Assembly (NCBI GenBank): GCA_963665325.3
Contig: OZ224045.1
Span: 1,088,001-1,152,000 of the forward strand
Reading direction: 5' to 3'
DNA length: 64,000 nt
Source: Alphaproteobacteria bacterium
GTDB taxonomy: Bacteria > Pseudomonadota > Alphaproteobacteria > Bin95
The notes under the pieces are model-generated. The model searched no databases, was not told the origin of the DNA, and saw nothing but the letters and a program-made list of their open reading frames with translations. Position 1 is the first letter of the stretch; the number at the start of each line of letters is the position of its first letter. Shown here piece after piece: positions 30,364 through 39,825 of the stretch. The translations under genes were made by a program, and so were the position numbers.

Positions 30364-30746
30364 TCAGGGCTGGCGCATGCCGCCGTCCGGGTCGGCGTAG
30401 ACGACGGCCTCGATCTCGACCGGGAACTCCTCCTTTACCAGCCAGTCGGCGATCAGCAGCGTATTCGGCGTATACGCCTCGCCGCCGAAGAGCCTGGGAA
30501 ACAACTCGGCCCGGATTGCCATGAACCGCTCGATATCTTGGGAATGGACGAGATAAGTGGTGAATTTGACGATATGGTTGAAGCGGAGGCCCGTGCCTTC
30601 GAGGACCGCGCCCAGATTGTCCAACACCTGGCGCATCTGGGCGTCGAAATCGTTCTTGCCGACCACGCCACCGTCGCGCCCGACGGAGAGCTGACCGGCG
30701 ATGTGCAGCGTCGAGCCGGCAGGTGCCGCCGTGGCGTGCGAATAGA
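30364..30746 (-). pseudogene. RidA/YjgF family protein lacking its native N-terminus
   Basis: YSHA....LHIAGQ, QMRQVLDNL, IVKFTTYL, PNTLL, VEIEAV; sequence upstream of YSH is the antisense of an AKR fragment. Confidence 0.7.
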
Positions 30747-30748
30747 GG

Positions 30749-30889
30749 GTCGTGCCCAAGGCGAGCCTTGTCGCCCACGTCGATGCCAACCTGGGCGCAC
30801 TCGATATCACGCTCGGCGATGACGAGCTTGCGGCCCTGGACAAGGACTTCCCGCCACCCGAGGGCGGCGCGCCCCTGGAGCTTCTTTAG
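30749..30889 (+). pseudogene. Aldo/keto reductase C-terminal fragment
   Basis: VVPKASLVAHVDANLGALDITLGDDELAALDKDFPPPEGGAPLELL* (IPKA..H..EN..A motif); absent from the ORF track. Confidence 0.65.
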
Positions 30890-30955
30890 GATGCACTGCG
30901 GGGAGCGTCAGTCTCCCAGGCCGATCATCTTCATCCGGCCGAGGCCGCGGCCGCC

Positions 30956-31055
30956 TGGCGAGACGCAGGTCCTTCAGCATCATGGTGGCGGTGAACCCCG
31001 ACGCGTAGTCGCGGTTGGACGGTGCGTTCGGCCCCGGCACCGGGCAGTAGGACAA
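30956..31055 (-). pseudogene. 3-hydroxyisobutyrate dehydrogenase (MmsB-like) internal fragment
   Basis: SYCPVPGP..PSNRDYASGFTATMMLKDLRLA matches the MmsB C-terminal motif. Confidence 0.6.
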
Positions 31056-31232
31056 GCAGGGAGCAATAAGGGAAACGCTCTCATTTGCCGTCCGCTTTGG
31101 CTGCAACCGCTCGTGCTGGCGCCGGGTGACACGAAAACGGTAGCGGCCGCTCTATGCGGACATCCCGGCTCGGCCCTTGCCGGGATGCAGCGCCCTGAAA
31201 GTCGGGCTGACCTCATTGTGGGCCGGCTCCGC

Positions 31233-34200
31233 CTATCCGGTTCCCGGCTCGAACACGAGTTCCGGCACCACCGCCTCCCAACTGTCGCATTTCATGTCGT
31301 CCCGGAATTGCGAGTCCGATGCCTCGCGGCTCCAGCCGACGATCGCTAGGACCTCGGCCGATCGGCACCGATACCTCTGGGGCGGCGCAAAGCCTCCGGC
31401 GAGGCGACCGACAACCCTCCCCGAACGATCCAGAAGCTGCCAGCGTCCGCGGTCGTTTATCCGCGTCTCGAGCGGATCGCCGGGCGCGAGCGCCGCAATC
31501 GCGCGATGGACCGGGTGTCGATCCCGTCGCCTGCCGGCGAAGCCCAGATCCACATCCTTCAGACTTGCGCGGACGAAGCGGTAGTTCAGCGCCGGAGTCT
31601 CCGGCGCCAGGGGAACCGGCTCGCGCCGCAGGACCGAGGGATTGCCCTGTAGTGCATCCTGTATCCGGTGCGGGCTGTCGAACCGAAGCAGCGACAGGGT
31701 CTCCCGCGCCCGCGTCATGGCGACATAGTAGAGCCGCCGGGGCGCGTCCCTGTCCTCGCCGGGCCCGATGCGATCCCAGTTTCCGTCCAGTACCGCCACG
31801 TGATTGAATTCGAGGCCCTTGGCCCGGTGCGCGGAAACCAGCAGCAGCCCCTGCTGCCGCCGGCGTATCTCACGGCCCCATTCGGCCAGCCATTCGATGA
31901 AATGGTCGGCCGGCGTCTCGCCGCCCCCGGTCTCCAGCCGGTGTTCCTCCATGGCCTGCCGCAGCAGGTCGTGCCAGCGGTCCGACGGACACGCCGCCAA
32001 CCGGTCCATGAGTGCCGCGCCGTCGACGATCCGGGGCTGCCGGCTCCTCAGCCACTCGACAAGCGAGCGCGTCTCCCGCAGGCGCCAGAACGACGGAATG
32101 TCCTCATTGCCCATCTGCACCGGAATGCCCAGCGCCTCGCAACAGGCGCGGACCGGGACGAGATAGTCCCACTCGCGGGCGATGACGGCAGAGCGGGACC
32201 AGTCCCAATCGGGCGTGAGTGCAGCCAGGCGCTGCAGTTCCGCCACCGCCGTCCGCGCCTGCGAGACCGCGTCGGCGCCCGCCGGCAGGATCTGCACCCG
32301 TCCCCGCCCGACCGGGTCCAGCTGCTCCCATCCGCCACCCCGCGGCGCCCTGGCGCGCGCCCGGTCGATCTGGACGGGATGCTCTGCCTTCAACCGCTCG
32401 CGCGCCGGCGCGATCGCTGCATTGGCCGCCGCCACGATATGGGCACTGGAACGGTAGTTTTCGGTCAGATAGGCCGGCCTCGGGCCGTAATCGGCCTCGA
32501 ACCGCCTGATGAACTCCACCGAGGCGCCGTTGAAGGCATAGATGTTCTGGTCGTCATCGCCGACCGCGAACAGGGTGAGTTTGCCTTCCTCGTCTTCGCG
32601 CGTGCGACCGGCAAGCGCCGATATCAGGTCGTACTGCTCCGCCGCTATGTCCTGGTATTCGTCGACCAGGATCCAGCGAAAGCCCGCGAGCAGCCGCTCC
32701 CGGCGTTCGTCGGCGTCCTCCGACGGCAGGTCGGCGCCCTGCAGCACCTCGACGGCGCGCCGGACCACGTCCCTGAACATCTCCTCGTCGGGGCTCTCCG
32801 CCCGGCCGGTGAAGCTCGCGCCGGCAAGGCGCATCGCGAGCGCATGGCAGGTCAGCACCGTCACGCGCCGCGCATCGTTGCCGACCAGCTCGCCCAGGCG
32901 CCGCCGGATGTCGACCGCCGCATGGCGGTTATAGGCAAGCGCCAGGATGCCGCGCGGGTCTTCGCGCCTCACCCGGACGAGATACGCGATGCGGTGCACC
33001 AGCACGCGCGTCTTGCCGGATCCCGGACCTGCGAGCACCAGCACATTGGTCCGCTCCCGGTCGTCGGCCACGATCCGCTGCTGCACGGGGTTGTTCAGGC
33101 TCTCGACGATAGCCCGCCAGGAGGCGGGCGTGGTCTGCCGCCCGGTCTCCCGGTCGCGGCCGGGCAGCCAGCGCTTCAGGAAGTCCGCCTCGTTCAGGGC
33201 GAAGTAGTCCCCCGCCAGGCGAAGCGCGTCCCTCATCCTGACGAGGCCGCACTCGGCGAATGCCGCCATGACGTGGACCTGCCGCACCTGCCCGTCATAG
33301 TGGAGCGAGAGCGGCTCGAAATCGGCGTTGGTGAAGCCCCGGCGCTCTCCCCGGTCCAGGCGAAGGGTCATGGCCGGGCGGAACACCGTCAGTCCCTTGT
33401 TGAGGCGGATGACCTCCTGTTCGTGGAGCCACAGCAGGGCGCGTTCCAGCAGCTTCACGGGGAACCTGACCTTGCCGCTCAGGACCATGTCGTCCGCAAG
33501 CGCCCGGTTCAGCTTGCCGAGCGTGGTCTCCGCGAGCAGATCGGTGCCGCGGCTTCTTGCCGGCAGGCAGGAGAGCAGATGCTCCAGCAGGCAGGCTGCC
33601 GCCTCGCGCCGAAGACGGGCAGTCTCTTCCAGACTGTCCCATTCCCGCCTGAGCGTTATGCGCGCGGTCTCCGCATCCTGCTTGCGGACCGAGAGGCTCC
33701 CGGCCGCCCCGTCCTCGCCGCGGCCGTCATAAGCGATGCCGCGGACGATCCGCCAGAGGCGCTCGGGCAGCGGGTCGGCCAGTCCCCCGTCCCGCAGTGC
33801 CTGCGAAGCAATCCTGAGATGAAGCGAGGAGGTCTCGCCCCTTTCGAGTTCGGGCGCCGCCTCGCGCATATGCTCGATCAGCGCCGTCTCCAGCGCTCCG
33901 GCCGCCTCCAACCGTCGTCCGGACGCATGCTCGACCCCAACATGTACGAACGCGGTCAGGACCGTGTCGTTGCTGGCGATACCGAACCTTTCGAGGTCGA
34001 ACAAGGCCGCGCGCACGGCTTCGGAACCGAGGCCCGACACACCCATCAACTCATCGGTGGTCACCCCCTCGTCGGCGCCGGCCTCGATCAGGGCGCCTGC
34101 AATCCGCAGGAGCTGCTCGCGATAGGCCTCGTCCGTCGGCGCCCTTTGGAGCCGCGCCCGGGCTTCCTCGATCGAAGCCACGATCAACGAGGACGGGAAC

Positions 34201-36356
34201 ACGCTGACGCGGTTCTCCTCCCGGGTCAGCAGTTCGGCTTCCTCCAGCCATGAAATCGCGGTGCGCACACGCGTGTCGTCCGTGACCGCGTCCCTTTCGA
34301 ATGCCCGGTCCTCGTCCTCGCCCAGGATCTCGCCGACGGTCGCAATAACCTCCCCGTCGAGGCGCTTCCTGCGGTCGAGCCTCCTCAGCGCTCTCAGAAC
34401 GCCGCCGATCTCCCGCCGCGTAAGCCGCGAGCGCGCCGACATGCCGAACTGGCGTTCCACGTCGTCGGCGGCAAAGAGCAGAACGCAGGACGCCGGTTGC
34501 CGGTCGCGGCCGGCGCGGCCGGCCTCCTGCAGGTAGTTCTCCAATGAGCCCGGGATGTCGGCATGGACCACCAGGCGCACATCCGGCTTGTCGATTCCCA
34601 TGCCGAAGGCGTTGGTCGCCGCAATGACATCGAGTTCGCCCTCGATGAAACGCCGCTGTACGTCCTTGCGGATCTCCGGCGACAGTCCCGCATGGAAGAA
34701 GTCGGCCTTCGCTTCCTTCGACTGCAGGAACTCCGCGATCTCCTCGCACTGGCGCCGCGTCGCGCAATAGACGATGGCGCCGCCTTCCCCCGGAGACAGG
34801 TTGGCCTCCAGCGCCTGGTGGAGATGGGCGAACTTCTCGCCGCCCGTTGTCGGCAGGACCTGGAAATCGAGATTCGGCCTCTCGGCGCCGCCGTCGAATA
34901 CCCGGAGATCGATGCCGAGCCTCTCCCGGAAATGGCGCGCAATGTCGTCGGTCACATCCGGCTTGGCGGTCGCCGTCAGGCACAGGACCGGCGGTATCGG
35001 TTCCTTGCCTGCCTTCTCGCGGATGAACCGGGCCACGTAACGGTAGTCCGGCCTGAAATCATGGCCCCAGCGCGACAGGCAATGCGCCTCGTCCAGGACC
35101 CAGGCGCCGATCTCGCGCTGGTCGAGCGCTCGGCGCAGCGAGACGGAGCGCAGCTGCTCCGGCGAGGTGATGAGGATGCCCGCGTCTCCCAGGCGCACAC
35201 GGTCGAGCGCATCGGCCCGCTCCGGCATCGACAGCATCCCGTTGACCGTCACGCAGGACCCGATGCCTTGCCGTTCCAGCCCCGCGACCTGGTCCGCCAT
35301 CAGCGCCACCAGCGGTGAAATCACCACGGTCAGCGCTCCCGTCCTGTCATAGCGCGATAGCGCCGGGACCTGGTAGCAGATCGACTTGCCGGTCCCCGTC
35401 GGCAGGATGCAGAACACATGCTCGCCCGCCATTGCCGCCTCGACGATGGCCTGCTGCATCGGCTGCCCGTCCTCGCAGACGGGCTCCGGCCGGAACGCCT
35501 CGAAGCCGAACCAGCGCTTGAGTTCCTTCCGGGCGTCATGGCGTTCCCGGCACCACCGGCAGGCCGGATCGGTGCAGGCACTGTCCCGGAGCAGGCGGAC
35601 GATCCGTTCCGCTTCCGGGAACTGGTGCCTCACCCAGGGCGGCATGACGGAGTTGCCGCCCGCCACCGATATCCAGGCCAGCGCATAGGCGAGCGGCCAG
35701 CCCCGCAGGTCCCGGTCGGCCAGGACATCGCGCGCGCCCGTGCGGCATGCGTGTCCCCGCAACCGCGCAATGACCGCATCCCGCGCTTCGGCCCCGGACG
35801 GCCGCGGCGCGCCGCGAAGGTCCGCGAACAGGCTGTCCAGTGCGCGGTCCGCTCCTTGCGGCTCCGGCGTGCAGAGCCGGTGCCAGGCGGCCAGAAGGTT
35901 GGGCGGCGCCTGTTTCAGCGCGTGCAACTGGTCGGCAAACACGTCGAGCGCAAGGCGTGCGTCGAGCTCGGGGTCGTTCAGCTGCCCGCGCCTCAGTCCC
36001 CCGTCCCGGTAGTGCTTCACCAGGCGGTGATAGGGATTGCGCGGAAAGGCGAGCGGGCTGAGGCGCAGCGTGTCCACCGCCGGCAATGCGAGCAGGCGCA
36101 GGCCGGGATTCGTCGCCGCGAGATGCGGCAGGTCGAAGGCTATCAGGTTGTGGCCGAGGACGAACGCCGCACCTTCGGCAAGCCGGTCCAGCTTCGCCAG
36201 CGCCGCCCCAAGCCCGCCGCCCGCATGCACCAGGCGTTCGCCGGTATCGGCGCGCACCGCGCCGAACGCCCGGATGCGCCCGTCCTTCCTGCCGACCTCA
36301 AGGTCCAGCGACAGGCAGCGATAGGGGACGCTCCCGGTTGGCGCGCGTTCCGTCAT
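31233..36356 (-). CDS. Fusion of DnaQ-like exonuclease domain, RecQ-family SF2 helicase and UvrD-family SF1 helicase (about 1700 aa)
   Basis: LDLE..GHN..FD..VDT; LPTGTGKS, DEAH, TATA, ATNAFGMGIDK, QEAGRAGRD; AGPGSGKT, VDEYQD, VGDDDQNIY, ENYRS, HRAKGLEF, YVAMTRA. Confidence 0.9.
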   Translation of the reverse strand: MTERAPTGSVPYRCLSLDLEVGRKDGRIRAFGAVRADTGERLVHAGGGLGAALAKLDRLAEGAAFVLGHNLIAFDLPHLAATNPGLRLLALPAVDTLRLSPLAFPRNPYHRLVKHYRDGGLRRGQLNDPELDARLALDVFADQLHALKQAPPNLLAAWHRLCTPEPQGADRALDSLFADLRGAPRPSGAEARDAVIARLRGHACRTGARDVLADRDLRGWPLAYALAWISVAGGNSVMPPWVRHQFPEAERIVRLLRDSACTDPACRWCRERHDARKELKRWFGFEAFRPEPVCEDGQPMQQAIVEAAMAGEHVFCILPTGTGKSICYQVPALSRYDRTGALTVVISPLVALMADQVAGLERQGIGSCVTVNGMLSMPERADALDRVRLGDAGILITSPEQLRSVSLRRALDQREIGAWVLDEAHCLSRWGHDFRPDYRYVARFIREKAGKEPIPPVLCLTATAKPDVTDDIARHFRERLGIDLRVFDGGAERPNLDFQVLPTTGGEKFAHLHQALEANLSPGEGGAIVYCATRRQCEEIAEFLQSKEAKADFFHAGLSPEIRKDVQRRFIEGELDVIAATNAFGMGIDKPDVRLVVHADIPGSLENYLQEAGRAGRDRQPASCVLLFAADDVERQFGMSARSRLTRREIGGVLRALRRLDRRKRLDGEVIATVGEILGEDEDRAFERDAVTDDTRVRTAISWLEEAELLTREENRVSVFPSSLIVASIEEARARLQRAPTDEAYREQLLRIAGALIEAGADEGVTTDELMGVSGLGSEAVRAALFDLERFGIASNDTVLTAFVHVGVEHASGRRLEAAGALETALIEHMREAAPELERGETSSLHLRIASQALRDGGLADPLPERLWRIVRGIAYDGRGEDGAAGSLSVRKQDAETARITLRREWDSLEETARLRREAAACLLEHLLSCLPARSRGTDLLAETTLGKLNRALADDMVLSGKVRFPVKLLERALLWLHEQEVIRLNKGLTVFRPAMTLRLDRGERRGFTNADFEPLSLHYDGQVRQVHVMAAFAECGLVRMRDALRLAGDYFALNEADFLKRWLPGRDRETGRQTTPASWRAIVESLNNPVQQRIVADDRERTNVLVLAGPGSGKTRVLVHRIAYLVRVRREDPRGILALAYNRHAAVDIRRRLGELVGNDARRVTVLTCHALAMRLAGASFTGRAESPDEEMFRDVVRRAVEVLQGADLPSEDADERRERLLAGFRWILVDEYQDIAAEQYDLISALAGRTREDEEGKLTLFAVGDDDQNIYAFNGASVEFIRRFEADYGPRPAYLTENYRSSAHIVAAANAAIAPARERLKAEHPVQIDRARARAPRGGGWEQLDPVGRGRVQILPAGADAVSQARTAVAELQRLAALTPDWDWSRSAVIAREWDYLVPVRACCEALGIPVQMGNEDIPSFWRLRETRSLVEWLRSRQPRIVDGAALMDRLAACPSDRWHDLLRQAMEEHRLETGGGETPADHFIEWLAEWGREIRRRQQGLLLVSAHRAKGLEFNHVAVLDGNWDRIGPGEDRDAPRRLYYVAMTRARETLSLLRFDSPHRIQDALQGNPSVLRREPVPLAPETPALNYRFVRASLKDVDLGFAGRRRDRHPVHRAIAALAPGDPLETRINDRGRWQLLDRSGRVVGRLAGGFAPPQRYRCRSAEVLAIVGWSREASDSQFRDDMKCDSWEAVVPELVFEPGTG

Positions 36357-36577
36357 CCTGGAGAACGGGGCGGATGCGCCATCTTCGCCGCAACTGGCGC
36401 CAGTCCACTGGCAATCGAAGAGCAAATCAGCATTGTCGAAAGCCGTTCTAGACCGGATTCCGCCCTTCCGCACTCAGCGCTTCCACGCGGGACGACAGGC
36501 ATATCGGCACCGGCGCCCAGAAGAAGGCCGAAGTCGGACCGGTCCGCCGACAGCGGCCTCCCGGCGCCTGCCCGGCG

Positions 36578-37390
36578 CTACTCGCAGACGACGCCGTCGC
36601 CGTCCCCGTCGCGCACGAAGCGGTAGGCGGGATGGCCCCGCGGCACCGGCGCGATGCCGTGGCGGCGGGCTTCCTTGCAGGTAATCCGCCCGTTGCCATT
36701 GTCGTCCCATAGCCGGAGCGCATCGACCCTTTCTCCCGAAGAGGAAGGGGGCGGCGGCTTCGGTATCCGAAGCGCTCCCGTGGACCGGCCGGCGGCAAAC
36801 ACCATGTCCGTGGACGTGCAGGCTGACAGCACCTGCTCCAGGGCCGCAGCCTCCCGGCGGTCCACCGTGAGGCCGTATTTGCGTTTCACGGAGACGATCC
36901 GATGGGCGAACCAGCAGCGGTTCATGGACGGCAGCCACTCGGCGGCATCGTGATGGCACTTGCCGGAGGCCCCGCAGCGGTTCACGGCGGGCGCGGCAAG
37001 GGTGAGGTTGAGGAGGTCGCGGGCGAAGCGCCGGCGGACCGTCCGGTCGGCGGCGCAGAGGCCGCTGTCATGCGCCTCCGAAACCGCGACGATGTGCTCG
37101 ATGTCGGTCTGCCGCCTGCTCGCGAAGTACCGCCCGGTATAGGGCCCGTAGATCCGCCCGCCCATCGACGCGACGATATCCGCCTCCACCGACTGCGGAT
37201 AAGGATAGTCGCCGCGCTCATAGGGCGTGCAGCGATATTCGCTCGCGACGGCGAGGCCGCGCCAGGTGTTGTCCTCTGCCCCCGCCGCGGTGTCTTCACA
37301 GACGATGAGGATCGCAAGGCCGGCAATGCAGGCCGAAGCACGGGCAATGGCTCTTGTCCGTCGCCTGTGCTTGCCGACAATTCCGTTCAT
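36578..37390 (-). CDS. Secreted HNH (DUF1524-like) nuclease with C-terminal Excalibur Ca-binding domain
   Basis: Hydrophobic leader; DIEHIVAVSEAHDSG, DLLNL..A...N, AAEWLP; CKEAR...HPAY....DGDGDGVVCE. Confidence 0.82.
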   Translation of the reverse strand: MNGIVGKHRRRTRAIARASACIAGLAILIVCEDTAAGAEDNTWRGLAVASEYRCTPYERGDYPYPQSVEADIVASMGGRIYGPYTGRYFASRRQTDIEHIVAVSEAHDSGLCAADRTVRRRFARDLLNLTLAAPAVNRCGASGKCHHDAAEWLPSMNRCWFAHRIVSVKRKYGLTVDRREAAALEQVLSACTSTDMVFAAGRSTGALRIPKPPPPSSSGERVDALRLWDDNGNGRITCKEARRHGIAPVPRGHPAYRFVRDGDGDGVVCE

Positions 37391-38210
37391 TGTCCTCGTC
37401 CTCCGTGGCCGGTCGACATGCCCGCGCCGACCGCACAGTTGCTTCGCTCCGCCGCGAAGAAAGCCACGGGCCAACCGTTGTCCTGCCATTGCTTCCCGGC
37501 ACTACCGACACCATGCGAAGCGGGAACGCGAAGGGCAAGACGAGCAAGTGACCGGGAGGGACGCCGGGCGCGGTCTTCTATTCGGGTTCGGGCGGGCTGT
37601 TCCGGGGCTCGTATTGACGGCGGAAGACGGTGGCGGCCGCGGACCCGGAACCCGCCACCGAGGCCGTCTCCTCGACCCTGATCGTGGCATCGACAACCCT
37701 GGCGCGAAGCTCCGCGAGGTCCTTCAGGGCGACCGTTGGCGGGAATCGTGTCACCTGCTCGTTCTTCATGTAGTGGGCTTCCCCGTTGGCTGCATCGACA
37801 AGTTTGTCGGCCTGTAGAGCCCCAATCGTACCTCTCCACTGGGGTCAATCGTACACGCATCTCCGCCGCGTCTTCTCCCTGCTCCGCCGAGACGAGAGCG
37901 CCGGCCGTAAGCGGGTCGGCCGTCACGTGTGCGGGGAGAGGCCGTCCCAGCCTCGTTCGGCAGTTGACCGCCCCGAACTCCAAAGCTGTCCACGATGCTC
38001 CATGCTGACCAACCCATGCCTTCCGGTTCAGGCCCCAGGGCGTCAAGCCCGACGAAGTCTCGCTCAGCGAGAACATCGGTCCCATCGCCAATTAAGCTGG
38101 CCGCCCGGCTCCGCTACCCCCTCTAGCGGACTAGCTTGGCCGAGAAGCCATCAATGCACTAGCATCAAGACTGGATCAGCCGGGACTTGCCCAATCAGCC
38201 AAGTAGCACG

Positions 38211-39269
38211 ATGCCGGAAGAGAACATCATAGAAATCAACAAATACACGGCTCGCGTGGGTCCGTGGCGCAGGATCGACGCGGTTGTATTCGTGCATGGC
38301 ATTGCTGGGCACTTCCGCGACACTTGGGGGGGGTTCCCCGAGCTCCTGCAATCAGACCCCGATCTGCCTGACCTGGACATCCTGCTTTGGGGCTATCGAA
38401 CAAGCTATCTGCCTCAAGACGTCCACGGCACAGGAACCCTCGCTCGCAATCTCGTCTCCGAATTGCGTGTTCGGCTCGAAAACGCCGCCGACGTGAGCCT
38501 CGTCCTCGTGGCCCATAGCATGGGGGGACTGATCGTGTTCGAAGGCCTGGTCGAAGAAATGAGCCAAGGCCGTGCAGAGCAGAAGCCAACGAGTTTGCTT
38601 CGCCTCATCTCGCTGTTCGCCGTGCCAACCAAAGGCAGTTCGGCGGCGGACACGGCGGCCACTGCAATTGTACGGTTTGGCCTGCCCGAAGGGTTCCTAA
38701 ACGAGCAGATAAGGTCTCTTCAAGGCAATGCCTGCGATTCGTTGATAGCTCATGTAGCACGACAAATCTATGATCCACCGGACAATGGACCACACTCCCG
38801 ACGGATTCCTATCCGCATGGTAATGGCAAGCCGCGACACCGCTGTTGACGTCGGTGACAGCGACATGACAAACGCACCTTTTCAAGAACCTCCTGCCCTA
38901 GAACTCGATTACGACCATCATGACGTGAAGCTGCCCAATTCGCATGAAGATAATCGTTACCTAGCCTTGGCACACGACATTCAGACGATGGTTGCCGAGC
39001 GCTTCGCCGAGCTTTGCCAACGCTGTCTGCATGGCGTCGGAGGCGATCGTACACTCGCGGAAACCGATCTGGAAATACGATATGGGGCAATGCTCCGCAA
39101 ACGTTTGGCTGACTCCATAGGCCGACCGGAAGTCGAGCAACGCGTCTACGGGCGCTATCTTCAGCTCGTGCTGCACGATTGCGCATCGCTCGGACGTCCA
39201 CCGTTCGATTCTGCGAACCGCGCCATTATCGTGCTGAAACGCAGTGGAAATCTGGACAGTGACAGTTGA
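38211..39269 (+). CDS. Alpha/beta hydrolase (PGAP1/DUF676-like) with extra C-terminal helical domain
   Basis: VFVHGIAG, nucleophile elbow AHSMGG (38511-38528), P..GS, candidate Asp (SRDTAV) and His (DHHD); about 90 extra C-terminal residues. Confidence 0.85.
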   Translation: MPEENIIEINKYTARVGPWRRIDAVVFVHGIAGHFRDTWGGFPELLQSDPDLPDLDILLWGYRTSYLPQDVHGTGTLARNLVSELRVRLENAADVSLVLVAHSMGGLIVFEGLVEEMSQGRAEQKPTSLLRLISLFAVPTKGSSAADTAATAIVRFGLPEGFLNEQIRSLQGNACDSLIAHVARQIYDPPDNGPHSRRIPIRMVMASRDTAVDVGDSDMTNAPFQEPPALELDYDHHDVKLPNSHEDNRYLALAHDIQTMVAERFAELCQRCLHGVGGDRTLAETDLEIRYGAMLRKRLADSIGRPEVEQRVYGRYLQLVLHDCASLGRPPFDSANRAIIVLKRSGNLDSDS

Positions 39270-39825
39270 CCACACTCAAGAGGTCCGCCGCAGACCGGAT
39301 AGCGAAACGGCGTGGCAAGACTGGGTCCGATTTGTCTATCCGCGTGTGTACTACACGGTCTATCGGGTTACCCGAGGCGATGTTCAGCAGACCGAGGATC
39401 TGACTCAATCTGCGATCGAAAGATTCCTTCGTTACCGAGCAATAGAGAGGGTAAAAGTAGACCAAGATTCAGTCGCTTATCTCGTGCGCATTGCGCGGCG
39501 ACTGAACCTCGATTTTGTTCGTGAACAAAAAATTCGGAATGAACTGCACGACGACATCGAGCGCACGACGGAAGACGTAGCAGTGCACACTGAAGACAAT
39601 GCCTCCACCGCCTTGGATTTCGAACGACTGATGAAGGGACTGGCAACACCTGACCGCCAACTGATCCGATGGCTGTGCGAAGGCCGGTCGGTGGTCGAAA
39701 TAGCGACGTATCTGGAGATTTCCTACACTGCGGCAGCGGCACGGATTCATCGAGCCAAGGCTCGGCTGAAAAAATTTGCCGAGGATGTGCAAAGAATCGA
39801 CCCCAGCGCCGGTTTAGATAAGTGA
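39259..39825 (+). CDS. ECF-type RNA polymerase sigma-70 factor
   Basis: Region 2: AWQDWVRFVYPRVY...TEDLTQ...AYLVRIARR..LD; region 4.2: L...DRQLI....EGRSVVEIA..LEIS...AARIHRAKARL; start GTG 39259 or 39244. Confidence 0.88.
   Translation: MTVDHTQEVRRRPDSETAWQDWVRFVYPRVYYTVYRVTRGDVQQTEDLTQSAIERFLRYRAIERVKVDQDSVAYLVRIARRLNLDFVREQKIRNELHDDIERTTEDVAVHTEDNASTALDFERLMKGLATPDRQLIRWLCEGRSVVEIATYLEISYTAAAARIHRAKARLKKFAEDVQRIDPSAGLDK

Noticed and set aside
37387-38232. Several overlapping ORFs and a CAATCGTAC direct repeat upstream of the hydrolase operon
   Set aside because: No recognisable domain (no TIR, caspase or cyclase motif seen) and no consistent frame; cannot support a fourth system gene or an IS end.
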